Below the pieces are notes generated by a model. The model worked only from the letters and a program-made list of their open reading frames with translations, was not told the DNA's origin and did no database searches. The translations under genes and the position numbers were made by a program. A DNA stretch of 64,000 nt, from the NCBI GenBank assembly GCA_036405175.1, contig DASWYC010000002.1:467714-531713 (forward strand), given 5' to 3'. Of this stretch, positions 8,481-19,321 are shown piece after piece. The stretch is from Minisyncoccota bacterium (GTDB taxonomy: Bacteria; Patescibacteriota; Minisyncoccia; Phycocordibacterales; UBA1006). How positions within the stretch are numbered: the first letter of the stretch is position 1; every line of letters starts with the position of its first letter.

Positions 8481-10334
8481 TTATTCAACCTTTTTAAACA
8501 CAATACCGTGTTGAGAAAGCAGTGCTTCATACTCTTCTTGTTCAAGCGTTTCTTTATCAAGAAGTTCATTGGCAATAATATCAAGAAGATTTTTATTTTC
8601 TTTCACGAGTTTTTCTGCTCGAGCTAAGGCGTCAGTAATAATACGCGTCACTTCTGCATCAATAGTTTGAAGAGTTTTTTCTGCATACGCAGTTTGAGTA
8701 CGATCTGCATAAATTGAATGAGAATTCACTACTTCATATGCAACCGGCCCGAGCGTATCGCTCATTCCAAAACGTGACACCATAGCACGAGCAACATTGG
8801 TTACGTTTTCAAGATCACCCGACGGTCCTGTGCTTACATCACCAAATACAAGTTTTTCTGTTACGTATCCTCCGAGTGTCATAGTAATATCATCAAAGTA
8901 CTCAGCGCGAGTACGGAGCTTCTTTTCTTCAAGGGGAAGCTTCATGGTGTAACCACCTGCATTTCCACGCTGCACAATTGATACGCGGTGCACCGGATCC
9001 GCATCAGGAAGGAGCGTTGCTAACAGTGCATGCCCTGCTTCATGGTACGCAACTAATTTACGCTCATGTTCTGTGTGCAAGTGATTAAGACGTTCTGGCC
9101 CAATCAATACTTTATCTACTGATGACAAAATATCTTCAAGAGAAATGGTTGATGATTCTCTACGCGCTGCTTTAATGGCAGCTTCATTCATGAGTGACTC
9201 AAGATCAGCTCCGGAAAATCCTGATGTTCTGCGCGCCACCACTGCAAGATCAATTCCTTCTTCAAGCGGCTTATTCTTTGCATGAATTTCCAAAATATCT
9301 TTGCGATCTTTTCTGTCAGGTACATCCAAAAATACTCTGCGGTCAAAACGCCCCGGACGCAACAATGCTGGATCGAGTACATCTTCTCGGTTGGTAGCAG
9401 CAATAACTACCAGCTTTTCTTTTGGCTCAAAGCCATCCATTTCTACCAGAATTTGATTGAGGGTTTGTTCACGCTCATCATTTCCTCCTCCAATCCCAAC
9501 TCCGCGGGAACGTCCTACGGCATCAATCTCATCAATAAAAATAATTGCCGGAGCAGTTTTACGAGCCATATCAAAAAGATCACGTACGCGAGATGCTCCA
9601 ACTCCCACAAACATTTCAACAAATTCTGATCCAGACAAATGGAAGAATGCAACCCCAGCTTCTCCTGCCACCGCACGAGCAAGCAGGGTCTTTCCGGTTC
9701 CCGGTGAACCTACGAGCAAGACTCCCTTGGGAATCTTTGCACCAACTTTAAAAAACTTTTCTGGTGTTTTTAAAAACTCAACAACTTCTCTGAGTTCATT
9801 CTTTGCGGTTTTGTTTCCTGCAACTTCGTTAAAAGTAACTTTTTTATCTTTCTCTCCGGCAAGCTTTGCTTTGCTTTGTCCAAATGAGAATGCCTTCATG
9901 GCACCTCCACCACCCTGCATGCTTTTGCTAAGGAACCACATAATCAGCAGGAACAAAATAATTGGTGAAAAGAGTGGCAAAATACGTAGCAATGTATTAC
10001 CAAACGTCTTTTGGCTTTTTACGGTAATATCAAGCTTGCTGAGCTGCTCTGGAGTTACAGCAAAGCGTGAAATAGTTTCTGTAAATGAAGTGTTTGCCTC
10101 CTTGGTGGCACGCTGTTCTTCTTTGCCGACAGTAAGCACAATGTCTTCACCATTAATTTCAATCTTACTTACTTTATCTTCTTTAATAAGGGTTGCAACT
10201 TCTGCCAAAGAAAGACGCTCAGGCTTAGCGAACATACTTCCTCGGTTGACAATAAGGGTAATAACGAGCGAAATAACCACTGCCCAACCAATGTAAATAA
10301 TAAGATCGAGCGCATTGCTATTTTTCTTTTTCAT
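8481..10334 (-). CDS. ftsH: ATP-dependent zinc metalloprotease FtsH
   Basis: N-terminal TM, AAA+ Walker [24 protein letters not shown], Zn-binding HEAGHAL. TATACT lies 7 nt upstream of the ATG. Confidence 0.95.
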   Translation of the reverse strand: MKKKNSNALDLIIYIGWAVVISLVITLIVNRGSMFAKPERLSLAEVATLIKEDKVSKIEINGEDIVLTVGKEEQRATKEANTSFTETISRFAVTPEQLSKLDITVKSQKTFGNTLLRILPLFSPIILFLLIMWFLSKSMQGGGGAMKAFSFGQSKAKLAGEKDKKVTFNEVAGNKTAKNELREVVEFLKTPEKFFKVGAKIPKGVLLVGSPGTGKTLLARAVAGEAGVAFFHLSGSEFVEMFVGVGASRVRDLFDMARKTAPAIIFIDEIDAVGRSRGVGIGGGNDEREQTLNQILVEMDGFEPKEKLVVIAATNREDVLDPALLRPGRFDRRVFLDVPDRKDRKDILEIHAKNKPLEEGIDLAVVARRTSGFSGADLESLMNEAAIKAARRESSTISLEDILSSVDKVLIGPERLNHLHTEHERKLVAYHEAGHALLATLLPDADPVHRVSIVQRGNAGGYTMKLPLEEKKLRTRAEYFDDITMTLGGYVTEKLVFGDVSTGPSGDLENVTNVARAMVSRFGMSDTLGPVAYEVVNSHSIYADRTQTAYAEKTLQTIDAEVTRIITDALARAEKLVKENKNLLDIIANELLDKETLEQEEYEALLSQHGIVFKKVE

Positions 10335-10471
10335 GCGATTAAGTATAGCAAAAATTGAGCTGGCGTCTAATAAAAAAATCCCTACCTCAAAAATAGTGAC
10401 AGGGATTCTGAGTTAAATTGCTGTTGATTATTAATTAGTACTAATTTAACCTGCTTTTTATAAAAAGTCAA

Positions 10472-11008
10472 TTATTGATTCATTCCCTCCAATGCATTCC
10501 AGATCTCCTGCTGAATTGCCTCATAATCCGGTAATTCTTGTGCTTCTGCCACCCCAACTGATCGCAAAAATTCTCCGGTGGGTACCAGATAGGTTTGATC
10601 AGCATTTTTTTCTTCTTCAATGAGCCCACGCATCAAAAGTACACGCACAATAAATCGTGATGAAACGCCACGTAAGTAATCAAGCTGGCTACGGGTGATT
10701 CTGTCACCGTAGGCAATAAGTGAAAGTGTTTCTGCTTGAACCGGCGTAAGTACTCCTGCTGATTCTTCATCAATCAACCGTGTTAAATCTTTTCCCAGTG
10801 ATGGGTCAGTCACTAATGCAATGTCTTTTTTTGAAATCAAGACCGCAAGCCCTGTCCCTTCTAAGCGAGTTTTAACTATGTTTCCTATCTGATTGAATTC
10901 ATCACCTTCAAGATTAAAAAGTTTTTCACATACCTCACGTCCAATTACACGAGCCTGAGTATATAAATATGCGGTTAAGAGTGTCGCCTTGTCGTTGAGA
11001 CTATTCAT
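10472..11008 (-). CDS. scpB: segregation and condensation protein B
   Basis: SLIAYGDRITRSQLDYLRGVSSRFIVRVLLMRGLI winged-helix motifs typical of ScpB; lies directly downstream of scpA. Confidence 0.8.
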   Translation of the reverse strand: MNSLNDKATLLTAYLYTQARVIGREVCEKLFNLEGDEFNQIGNIVKTRLEGTGLAVLISKKDIALVTDPSLGKDLTRLIDEESAGVLTPVQAETLSLIAYGDRITRSQLDYLRGVSSRFIVRVLLMRGLIEEEKNADQTYLVPTGEFLRSVGVAEAQELPDYEAIQQEIWNALEGMNQ

Positions 11009-11012
11009 AGAA

Positions 11013-11795
11013 TTATTGTAGCAAATCAGGATCTTTTTTAATAATCACAAACTCATCACCGTCAATTTCAAGATCTAAATCGCCATGACGCACTTCTTCC
11101 AAAATTGAAACAAATGAAATTGCCACGTGTTTGCGACGCACCGCTGGTGTATAGTCTTCCGGATGAAGCAGCGTCTCATGGAGTTTAGTAAACACACCGC
11201 TCAGTGGAATACGTTTTTGTGAATCAAAAAGACTATTAGTCACACGCTGCACAATATTTTTAATTTCGTGAATCGGCACTACTTTGCGCACGATCACTTT
11301 TTTATGCACCACTTCCTCACGTTCTTTCTTCACTTCTCCCTGCAAAATATTTTGTACGAGTGTTCGCATAAGTGACGGCTTGAGTGATGGATCAGATCTA
11401 AAGTGCGCTTCAATAATTTGCGCACGTTGTGGCAACCAAACTCTATACGCTTTTGCCATTTTTTGAATCTGCAAAATAGTGCTGCGCATGCGAGCAAGAA
11501 TTTCCAACTTTTGTGTCATCAGTACCACCTCCTGTTCTTCTTCAGAAGACGACCCTAATAAGTATGATGACTTGGCCACCACCAACACCGAGAGTACATA
11601 TATAAGTGAAACTACCTCATCATGAGAAATTCCTTCAACCTCGCTAATATATCTGCTGAAATCATCAACCAAACTACTAAGAGAAATAGTAGAAACGGAG
11701 AGCTTTTTTTTATCAAGTAAGTCAAGGAGCGCATCAAGTGGTCCCTCAAACTCGTCTGTTTTTGCAACAAAATTTTCTGATAAAGTAACATTCAT
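11013..11795 (-). CDS. scpA: segregation and condensation protein A
   Basis: EFEGPLDALLDLLDKKKLSVSTISLSSLVDDFSRYI N-terminal kleisin motif. Confidence 0.8.
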   Translation of the reverse strand: MNVTLSENFVAKTDEFEGPLDALLDLLDKKKLSVSTISLSSLVDDFSRYISEVEGISHDEVVSLIYVLSVLVVAKSSYLLGSSSEEEQEVVLMTQKLEILARMRSTILQIQKMAKAYRVWLPQRAQIIEAHFRSDPSLKPSLMRTLVQNILQGEVKKEREEVVHKKVIVRKVVPIHEIKNIVQRVTNSLFDSQKRIPLSGVFTKLHETLLHPEDYTPAVRRKHVAISFVSILEEVRHGDLDLEIDGDEFVIIKKDPDLLQ

Positions 11796-11810
11796 TGTCT
11801 TTAGTATATA

Positions 11811-12383
11811 TTATTCTTGATTATATGGCTTATTATCTATAATTCTTTGTGCAGTTTCTGGACTGAACGCAAATCCTACCTTTGAATAAGCATCCTCAAC
11901 TGCCTCAAATTCTTTACCCTCAAGATTAGCGCGTTCAATATAGGCTCTCACCGCTTGTTCATTCAGATCTCTAACATTTCCCACTAAATTCTTCGCAGAA
12001 CCCTTAAGGTCTTCTACAAAGAATTTAATGTCATTGACATGTAGTCCAGACCCAATTCCTCTGATCACATTTATTTTATCTTCTATCGTTTGTACATTAA
12101 TTTGATTTAGCGCTGGATTAACTTTTACGAGCTCATCATAAAATTCTTCCACCTGAGCGGACACATCTACAACATTCATTTGATCAAATAATTTATCTCC
12201 GTATTTAAAGGTCACTTCTTTGGTAAAATCACCAAGCTCCCACTTTTGACCAAAATCATTGTCAACTTCTAAATTTTTATAATCTTTAGACTTTGTGAGT
12301 TCCAAAACTTCTGATACAAATTCACTACTTTTAAACTTTTCTTGTTGAGCATTCGCCCCAAAGCCTTTTTCAATCATGGTCAT
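11811..12383 (-). CDS. hypothetical protein
   Basis: 190-aa ORF with protein-like composition and no recognised motif. Confidence 0.45.
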   Translation of the reverse strand: MTMIEKGFGANAQQEKFKSSEFVSEVLELTKSKDYKNLEVDNDFGQKWELGDFTKEVTFKYGDKLFDQMNVVDVSAQVEEFYDELVKVNPALNQINVQTIEDKINVIRGIGSGLHVNDIKFFVEDLKGSAKNLVGNVRDLNEQAVRAYIERANLEGKEFEAVEDAYSKVGFAFSPETAQRIIDNKPYNQE

Positions 12384-12446
12384 AGTATAAAACCTTTTTA
12401 CTCGTTATAAAAGCCTAAGTTTTATTAAATATGCTAAAATAGCCCC

Positions 12447-13229
12447 ATGAAAGACCTCATTATTTTTGATACAGAAACAACCGGAAATACCAGTTCAGAT
12501 TTCTTGTGCCAACTAGCATACAAAGCCGTTGGAGAACAAGAAATCACCATTATCTATGCCAAACCACCAAAAGCAATTCCATTTGAAGCAATGGCAACAC
12601 ACCATATTACCGAGAAGCGCGTAGCTAATGAACCAGCGTTTCAAGAGAACCCTCAATATGCAGACGTGAAAGCATTGTTTGAAAATCCTAACACGATTGC
12701 GATTGCACACAATGCACCTTTTGATGTTGCTATTTTGAAGAATGACAAGATCAATGTTGCAACCATGCTCGATACCTGCAAAGTTGCCGCTCACACAAAA
12801 AAATATCACAATGCAGAACGTAATGGCCTTCAGTATTTGCGCTACTTTTTTGATATTGATATTCCTTTGAGTGAAGCACTTCCCCATAGCGCAGAAGGAG
12901 ATGTATTGGTGCTAGAAAAGATTTTCATTAAATTGCGCGATATTATTATGCAGCATGAAAATAAATCAGAAGAAGAAGCGTTGGCTGAAATGTTGCGACT
13001 CAGCACCGCACCGCTCATGATTGAGACCATCACCTTTGGAAAATACAAAGGACGCAAAGTACTTGATATTGCTGTTGAAGATAAACGATACTTGCAATGG
13101 CTCTATGATGAAAAACTTAAAAATACCGAACAGGATGAAACTGATTGGCTCCGTACTTTGGAGCGTGCGCTGGGAATTCCAACCCCACCAACCAATTTAT
13201 TTGAAGATGCGTTTATTCAGTACGAATAA
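12447..13229 (+). CDS. DEDDh 3'-5' exonuclease, ExoX-like with C-terminal KYKG domain
   Basis: Exo I FDTETTG, Exo II HNAPFDVAIL, Exo III HSAEGDVLVLEKIF. The C-terminal ETITFGKYKGRKVLDIA is ExoX-C-like. TAAAAT lies 6 nt before the ATG. Confidence 0.7.
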   Translation: MKDLIIFDTETTGNTSSDFLCQLAYKAVGEQEITIIYAKPPKAIPFEAMATHHITEKRVANEPAFQENPQYADVKALFENPNTIAIAHNAPFDVAILKNDKINVATMLDTCKVAAHTKKYHNAERNGLQYLRYFFDIDIPLSEALPHSAEGDVLVLEKIFIKLRDIIMQHENKSEEEALAEMLRLSTAPLMIETITFGKYKGRKVLDIAVEDKRYLQWLYDEKLKNTEQDETDWLRTLERALGIPTPPTNLFEDAFIQYE

Positions 13230-13233
13230 CAAA

Positions 13234-13261
13234 AGGTCTCTTTTTAAGAGACCTTTTGATT
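13234..13261. terminator. bidirectional hairpin terminator
   Basis: AAAAGGTCTCTT-TTTA-AGAGACCTTTT between convergent genes. Confidence 0.65.
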
Positions 13262-13268
13262 TAAAAAG

Positions 13269-13694
13269 TTAATCCTCTCTCGCCTGTGGCAATGCAAGCA
13301 GTAGATAATATCCTTGAAAATCTTTTATAAGTTCGAAGGGCTCGGCTTCAATTAAGCCGGATTCTTCTAACCAAAAAACAATAGGTCGTTCTTGTGTTGA
13401 TTTTCTTGAAAGAGCGATGATCCGCTTGTTAATAAGCTCAGGATACTTTTTAGTATCCCTCAGAATAATTTCAATAATACCTGCACCAAACCTACCCGCT
13501 TCACAAGCATCTGACACAACTTCATATGCCTTTACATTTATATCTGAATCTGTAATAGGAAGAAGGGTTAGCTTGTAATAGCGATGGCTCTGCCACCAAA
13601 GACCCTCAACACCGTACCCGGTATTAATTTCTTCTCCAAATTTACCTTGGAGATCATTTAGCAGATTTGTTATTTGCCGTTCAATTGTTTTCAT
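13269..13694 (-). CDS. hypothetical protein
   Basis: 141-aa ORF, no recognised motif. Confidence 0.4.
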   Translation of the reverse strand: MKTIERQITNLLNDLQGKFGEEINTGYGVEGLWWQSHRYYKLTLLPITDSDINVKAYEVVSDACEAGRFGAGIIEIILRDTKKYPELINKRIIALSRKSTQERPIVFWLEESGLIEAEPFELIKDFQGYYLLLALPQARED

Positions 13695-13794
13695 CTTTGT
13701 ATAAGGTTTTATTTATGAGCATTATGTTATTAAAAGTAAGAAATGTCAATTAATAGGACCTGCTCAAAATGATGAAATCCGCTATACTGGAATT

Positions 13795-14874
13795 ATGAAT
13801 CCTCTACTCATTATTCTCATTGTTTTAGCAATAGTAATTATTGTGATTTTGATCAACGTTCTTAAAAAGTTGAACGCCCCAAAAGACAGCAGTGCCCAAA
13901 CCTTGGCAGAAAACTTGGAGGCAACGCGATTGCTTCATCAGGAGCTTTCTCGTACCCGTGATTCTTTGGGGGCAAAAATTGATTTTACGCAACAGTCAGC
14001 GAGTGAATCTATTGAACGCCAACTACGCCATCAGATGAGTGAGGTGCAAAAAATGACAGAAGAACTTGTGCGTGTTCAGGAAGGAACCAAAAAGATTGAA
14101 GGGTTTGCAACACAGCTTCAATCGCTTCAGGATATTCTCAAAAATTCAAAACAGCGTGGAAATCTTGGTGAATACTACTTGGAAAGCGGGCTCCAAAATG
14201 TTCTCTCATCAAAGAATTACCAGATGCAGTATAGATTTGCTAATAATGAAGCGGTTGATGCGGTAATCTTTGTGAAAGAAAAACTCATTCCAATTGATGC
14301 AAAGTTTTCACTTGAGAACTATGAACGACTCATCACCGCAAGCAACAATACCGATAGAGAAACATACATTCGTGCATTCAAAAATGATTTCAAAAAGCGT
14401 ATTGATGAAACATCAAAGTATGTGCGTCCAGAAGAAAACACCATGGACTTTGCGTTTATGTTTATTCCAAGTGAAGCAATTTATTACGATGTTTTGATTG
14501 CAGAAGTTGGTGCGGTAAAAATTAATACGCAAGATTTGATTGAGTATGCGTTCCAAAAGAAAGTACTCATTGTTTCACCTACTACCCTGTTGGCATTTTT
14601 GCAGACCGTTTTGCAAGGACTCAGAATGCTTCAGATTGAAGAACGCGCACATGAGATTCAACAGGAAGTTGGTAAACTCTCGAAACATTTTTATGCGTTG
14701 TCTGATGTGATTGGAAAACTTGGAAAGTCGTTGCAGGTTTCAAATAATCATTATGATTCAATTGAAAAAGAATACCGAAAGATTGGAAAAGATATTATGG
14801 CTATTTCTGGTGAAGTGGTTCCATTGATTGAAAAAGTAGAAAGAGGTGGAACACTTAATTTAATTGAGGAATAA
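13795..14874 (+). CDS. rmuC: DNA recombination protein RmuC
   Basis: N-terminal TM, long coiled-coil, RGNLGEYYLESGLQNV core of the RmuC family. TATACT at 13783-13788 lies 6 nt before the ATG. Confidence 0.7.
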   Translation: MNPLLIILIVLAIVIIVILINVLKKLNAPKDSSAQTLAENLEATRLLHQELSRTRDSLGAKIDFTQQSASESIERQLRHQMSEVQKMTEELVRVQEGTKKIEGFATQLQSLQDILKNSKQRGNLGEYYLESGLQNVLSSKNYQMQYRFANNEAVDAVIFVKEKLIPIDAKFSLENYERLITASNNTDRETYIRAFKNDFKKRIDETSKYVRPEENTMDFAFMFIPSEAIYYDVLIAEVGAVKINTQDLIEYAFQKKVLIVSPTTLLAFLQTVLQGLRMLQIEERAHEIQQEVGKLSKHFYALSDVIGKLGKSLQVSNNHYDSIEKEYRKIGKDIMAISGEVVPLIEKVERGGTLNLIEE

Positions 14875-14877
14875 GAA

Positions 14878-14904
14878 AAGTCGTATGTTGTACGACTTTT
14901 TAAT
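14878..14904 (+). terminator. rho-independent terminator
   Basis: AAAGTCGTA-TGTTG-TACGACTTTT after the rmuC stop. Confidence 0.65.
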
Positions 14905-14921
14905 TTTATTTATAACCCTAT

Positions 14922-15611
14922 TTACTTTATTGACTTACTTTTAAAAGATATTGGCTTAATAACTTCCCTTAAATGTTTTTCTCTCAACACAAACATCGTG
15001 CTAAAAAGAATTCTACTCGTTGGTTTTATTTTTTTGAATTTGACCTTGCCATTCTCTTTTCTAATAAGAACAACTTTACCTTCCACCATTCTTGAAGTAA
15101 GATACCACGGCGTATCAATAAGATATGCCTTCTTCCTTAGGTCGTGAAGGAATACAACCAGCCATTCCTCTATGCTTAAAACAATGTTATTACTTAACGA
15201 CTTTTCAAGAAGAGATGCCTTTACTTGATGATCCCTGGATGACTTGAACCACTTTTCATTCATTCGAATAAGCCACAAAGAAGAGTTTATATGTTCTTCG
15301 TGTAGATCTACGAATTTCATCATATGGGATAAAAGATGTGGCATACGGATTGAAGTATTAAGGTTTGATGCCATAAACATTTTTACCCACCCTCTCTCGA
15401 AGTTTTCCAAAGCAAGTCCTCCATTTTTCTTTAGAAAAAGATGTCCGCTTCTACTTAAAAGTGGCAGACACTCTGTAGTGAAATCCTGAAAGTATTCTTT
15501 CTGAAAACATACTAAATTTTGTTGTAAAAACTTTACGTTATTATTGAAAACACGAAATTTATGGATTACCTTCATCGAGGGTTCCACACTTACTTTACGA
15601 GCTGCTAACAT
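14922..15611 (-). CDS. hypothetical protein
   Basis: 229-aa basic protein with no recognised motif, adjacent to the tRNA-Glu locus. Confidence 0.4.
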   Translation of the reverse strand: MLAARKVSVEPSMKVIHKFRVFNNNVKFLQQNLVCFQKEYFQDFTTECLPLLSRSGHLFLKKNGGLALENFERGWVKMFMASNLNTSIRMPHLLSHMMKFVDLHEEHINSSLWLIRMNEKWFKSSRDHQVKASLLEKSLSNNIVLSIEEWLVVFLHDLRKKAYLIDTPWYLTSRMVEGKVVLIRKENGKVKFKKIKPTSRILFSTMFVLREKHLREVIKPISFKSKSIK

Positions 15612-15716
15612 GCCGGTTTGTTTTGTTGTTAAAAATTATTTTGACCAACACTATACAATACTTTACATAATGAAGCAAGTCCTTCGTTGAAAATTCCATT
15701 AAAAATGATATGATTT

Positions 15717-15742
15717 CCCTATCGGTTATACACTAGGATACA
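15717..15742 (+). repeat. degenerate copy of the tRNA-Glu 5' portion (tRNA fragment)
   Basis: CCCTATCGGTTATACACTAGGATAC versus the tRNA 5' region CCCTATCGTCTATCGGTTAGGACAC, 31 nt upstream of the intact tRNA. Confidence 0.4.
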
Positions 15743-15773
15743 AAGTGGACTGATTACATAGTGTTTCAAATAC

Positions 15774-15845
15774 GGCCCTATCGTCTATCGGTTAGGACAC
15801 AGGATTCTCATTCCTGGAAGCGGGGTTCGATTCCCCGTAGGGTCA
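15774..15845 (+). tRNA. tRNA-Glu (anticodon CUC)
   Basis: Acceptor GGCCCTA/TAGGGTC, D-arm GTCT..GGAC, anticodon stem CAGGA/TCCTG with loop TTCTCAT, T-arm CGGGG-TTCGATT-CCCCG, discriminator A. Resembles bacterial tRNA-Glu. Confidence 0.8.
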
Positions 15846-15950
15846 CACTCTTCTAACACAATTCTTAATTGATTTACTATAATTTTAAATCATGGTAAAT
15901 AAAAAGAACCTAGAATTAACTAGGTCCCTAAAGTAAACTTTTGAAAACTT

Positions 15951-16457
15951 TCAAGCAAGAGCTGACATTTGAATTTCCTGCTGCAACCTATCAAATTCAT
16001 CACCATCCACCATCTTTTTTTCTTGAAGCCTGGTTAGTGCAGCCTGTGCATCTTTTTTTGTACGAAGGTCAGTCGTATAACCACTCTTAGTGTAAATCCT
16101 CCCATGATTGCCACATGATTTGCATACTTTAAAGTATGCAAACTCTACAGGCTCGTCAGGAGAACTAAGGATGTCATTAAGTGAAGATATCGCAAGCAAA
16201 AACCCAATTATACCCGGGAAACCACTTGCAAAGAAGGGCTCTGAGCTATCTTCGCTTTCTGGCATCTTTTCAGCATCCAAGACCTGCTCTCTCATTGTCA
16301 AGAATTCATCGTGAGTTATATCACCCTTACTAACAAGTTCGCCGATTTTCTTATAGGCTTCATGTTTTGTTTTAATCACCAAACTTTCTGCGCCTGATTC
16401 AAATTTAATAGTTAGTTCTTTGCCATCTTTTGAGAACTCAAGGATATTACCTTTCAT
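15951..16457 (-). CDS. hypothetical protein
   Basis: 168-aa ORF, no recognised motif. Confidence 0.4.
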   Translation of the reverse strand: MKGNILEFSKDGKELTIKFESGAESLVIKTKHEAYKKIGELVSKGDITHDEFLTMREQVLDAEKMPESEDSSEPFFASGFPGIIGFLLAISSLNDILSSPDEPVEFAYFKVCKSCGNHGRIYTKSGYTTDLRTKKDAQAALTRLQEKKMVDGDEFDRLQQEIQMSALA

Positions 16458-16589
16458 TGTTTTCTATTTTTAGAGTTATGAATATGTTTTTAAAGCCGGA
16501 ACTCCGGACAGGTTCTAGAGTAATATAACATACATACGATAAAAGTCAATATAAACTCCATTTTCAGCTATAATCAAAAATAATGTATC

Positions 16590-17261
16590 CTACCAATGGA
16601 TTTCCTTCTTCCCCCACTTCTTCAAATACTCATTACACTTTGAAAAATGTTTACATCCAAAAAATCCTGAGTGTGCAGAAAATGGTGACGGATGTGCAGC
16701 TTCTAATACTAAATGTTTACCTGTATCAATCAAAACTTTTTTACTCTTTGCAAAACTTCCCCATAACATAAAGACCACATGTTCGTGATGTTCAGAAACT
16801 CTTGTAATCACTTCATCAGTAAATTGCTCCCACCCTTTTCCTTGATGTGATGCTGGTGTACTCGCAACAACGGATAAAATTGCATTCAATAAAAATACTC
16901 CCTGCTGCGCCCAGCCTTCAAGATTTCCATTGGTAAAATCTTTTTTGATTCCTAAATCATCTTCAATTTCTTTGTAGATATTTTGAAGTGATGGTGGAAC
17001 CCGCACACCATTTGGAACAGAAAAAGATAAACCATGCGCCTGCCCTGCACCATGATAAGGGTCTTGCCCCAAGATAACCACTTTTACCTGAGAAAATGGT
17101 GTGAGCCAAAATGCTTTAAAAATATCTGCGGGTAACGGGTATACGCGTTTAGCTTGATACTCACTCCGCACAAAATCACTCAATGTTGCAAACGTATCTA
17201 ATGCAAAGAAATCACCCAATTCTGCTTTCCACTCTGGTTCAATGGCAACTTCCTTCTTCAT
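16590..17261 (-). CDS. ung: uracil-DNA glycosylase (family 1)
   Basis: VVILGQDPYHGAGQAHGLSFSV water-activating loop and a C-terminal HPSP motif. Start moved to the internal Met that aligns with E. coli Ung; the ORF track extends to 17312. Confidence 0.85.
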   Translation of the reverse strand: MKKEVAIEPEWKAELGDFFALDTFATLSDFVRSEYQAKRVYPLPADIFKAFWLTPFSQVKVVILGQDPYHGAGQAHGLSFSVPNGVRVPPSLQNIYKEIEDDLGIKKDFTNGNLEGWAQQGVFLLNAILSVVASTPASHQGKGWEQFTDEVITRVSEHHEHVVFMLWGSFAKSKKVLIDTGKHLVLEAAHPSPFSAHSGFFGCKHFSKCNEYLKKWGKKEIHW

Positions 17262-17293
17262 GTTTCTAGTATACGCGCCAAATGCGCAGGGTG

Positions 17294-18067
17294 CTACTGA
17301 GTATCTAAACAAGCCATGGTTTGCGCCATCTTAGCAGTATGTTGCTCCCAGGTGCTGTATACGTCGATATCAAATCCAGTATCAACAAGTTTTTCTGCAT
17401 TTACTACTTGGAATTTTCCAATAGCATTCACGAGATCTTGATTCATAACTCCGGTTGCTTTGCCAAAGTAGTATCCTTCTTTATTCAAAAACCATTGAAC
17501 TCTAATAATATCTTCGCGACTACTATCTTTTGTTATGGTGAGTGGAATACGATCAGCACACGCACGTGCAATGTCTGCATCAATATTTTCTGTTGGCACT
17601 ACCACCTTCTCACGAAACGATTGGATAAATCCTGATTGCTGAGTATACAATCGCCCCTGCACCACATCGCGGTACGATACGGTCATTCCTTTTCCGGTTG
17701 GTTGATTTTGAAGTTCAAGGATAAGTGAATTCCCCTGTGCTGCTACATACATAACAGGATTCAATGAACCGTCATCAATCACACTGAATTGGGTTGGCTT
17801 TGGCTGTACGGTATTAATGATAGTATCTGGAAATACAATGTATACACGATTATCTGTGCTGTACGCACTCAACAATTCTTTTTGAATAGGCAATGGTTCA
17901 GTATTGTTATCTGCAGAAGCAACTTCACCCCCCATACGTGGCTGATCATATACGACCTTGCCCATGTTTGAATACACACTCACAATTAATCCCCCAACAA
18001 TTAAAACCCCAACAGCGAGAGGAGTATACAAATGTTGTTGAGGCTGAGGAGCAGGCTTTTTCTTCAT
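17294..18067 (-). CDS. membrane-anchored protein with C-terminal peptidoglycan-binding (PG_binding_1-like) domain
   Basis: N-terminal TM; C-terminal IIRVQWFLNKEGYYFGKATGVMNQDLVNAIGKFQ resembles PG-binding domain repeats. Confidence 0.55.
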   Translation of the reverse strand: MKKKPAPQPQQHLYTPLAVGVLIVGGLIVSVYSNMGKVVYDQPRMGGEVASADNNTEPLPIQKELLSAYSTDNRVYIVFPDTIINTVQPKPTQFSVIDDGSLNPVMYVAAQGNSLILELQNQPTGKGMTVSYRDVVQGRLYTQQSGFIQSFREKVVVPTENIDADIARACADRIPLTITKDSSREDIIRVQWFLNKEGYYFGKATGVMNQDLVNAIGKFQVVNAEKLVDTGFDIDVYSTWEQHTAKMAQTMACLDTQ

Positions 18068-18110
18068 AGACTAAGTATATCAAGCGCAATCCTACGATAA
18101 TGTGGATATG

Positions 18111-19145
18111 TTACCGAGTAACCTTAACTTCAATGCTTGCACCAGTAGTATCCGCTGGTACTTCTGTAGGCACCTTGGTGCGCCCGTTAAACCAGAGTAA
18201 GGCACCAATAATAACCACTAAGATTAGTACATCAAAGAGAATCTCTCGGTATTTGATTTGCGCATGGAGTAGATTTGCAATGACAAATGCGATTAGGACG
18301 ATAAGGAGAATTGATACAAGAATGATTCTATTTAACAATCGTGGCGAGGTTGAAATTTCATTAAATGTACGCTGAAGCCACGTCTGTTTGGCAGTAGCGC
18401 CAAGAACAGCTGGTGTTGCAGGTGCAGAAGCCACTACATCACCCGCCGCTTGCTGAACAGAACCTTGCGGTACTTTTGGTGCATTTGCTGCAAGAGGACG
18501 AATTGGCTGAGTAAGGGCAATTTCTCGCATTTTAAGCGCCTTCTGCGCATGAGCATAGACTGAATAGCGTTGCCCACTTGGTGGAGCGGCAAAGAACTGT
18601 ACTACATAGGTAGTTTTGTTTCCTTTATATACTCCCTCTGCCAAACCAACTCCCGTACGAGTGTATTGAGGCTTAATCAAGTTAGCATAGTGGGTTGGCG
18701 ATGCAATCCACGCCTCTTCAATATCTTTTGAATCAGTAAAGTTTACCGCCAGATTCTCGCCAGCGTACCTATACGTGTAATCAACAGCATCGTACCAAGC
18801 CCATGGTGCAATCCCATCCGGATCAACATGCGAGAAGTATCCCCGCTGAGCCATATCTTCTGCCTTTGCCTGTGCTGCCAAACTTAACAACGGATCTTCA
18901 ACAACTGGTCCAGCCTCTTGCTGTGCACGCGTGTGATTTGTGAGTTCAGTAATAACACTTGCGAGAATAGTTCCATCATGTGTTGCGGTTGATTTTTGAA
19001 TTAAATAAAATCCTTGGACAAGTAATAATCCAACAACAAGCGTAGCAAGGCTTGTACGCGTAAAAAATGCTGGACGTCCATCATATTTTTTATGCGGTGC
19101 AAAATAGCGCTTTAAAAAACTCTGGGGCTTCTTTCCCTTCTTCAT
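18111..19145 (-). CDS. CAP/SCP (PR-1-like, YkwD-like) domain protein with C-terminal TM anchor
   Basis: HVDPDG...YAGENLA...SPTHYANLI...TGVGLAEG CAP-domain motifs; C-terminal hydrophobic helix. Confidence 0.6.
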   Translation of the reverse strand: MKKGKKPQSFLKRYFAPHKKYDGRPAFFTRTSLATLVVGLLLVQGFYLIQKSTATHDGTILASVITELTNHTRAQQEAGPVVEDPLLSLAAQAKAEDMAQRGYFSHVDPDGIAPWAWYDAVDYTYRYAGENLAVNFTDSKDIEEAWIASPTHYANLIKPQYTRTGVGLAEGVYKGNKTTYVVQFFAAPPSGQRYSVYAHAQKALKMREIALTQPIRPLAANAPKVPQGSVQQAAGDVVASAPATPAVLGATAKQTWLQRTFNEISTSPRLLNRIILVSILLIVLIAFVIANLLHAQIKYREILFDVLILVVIIGALLWFNGRTKVPTEVPADTTGASIEVKVTR

Positions 19146-19321
19146 ACTTGTATTATATCAACCAGTCTACCCTGATACCAAGAGGTAACAACAATATCAG
19201 ATATTTGTGTTATGGATTAAGGGTGCCGGCATGCGCTTTGCGCATACCGGCGCTCATCCTAACCAAATACCCTTCAACGACAAAAATCCCACCAGTGTGG
19301 GACTTTTGCCTATGTATGACA

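Noticed and set aside
9457-10296. 279-aa plus ORF antisense within ftsH
   Set aside because: ftsH on the minus strand has unambiguous AAA+ and HEAGH motifs; the antisense ORF is Ser/Pro/Arg-rich, typical of shadow ORFs.
16590-17312. Extended ung start at 17312 overlapping the upstream gene
   Set aside because: Alignment to E. coli Ung supports the internal Met (17261); the extension adds 17 non-conserved residues and creates a 19-nt same-strand overlap.
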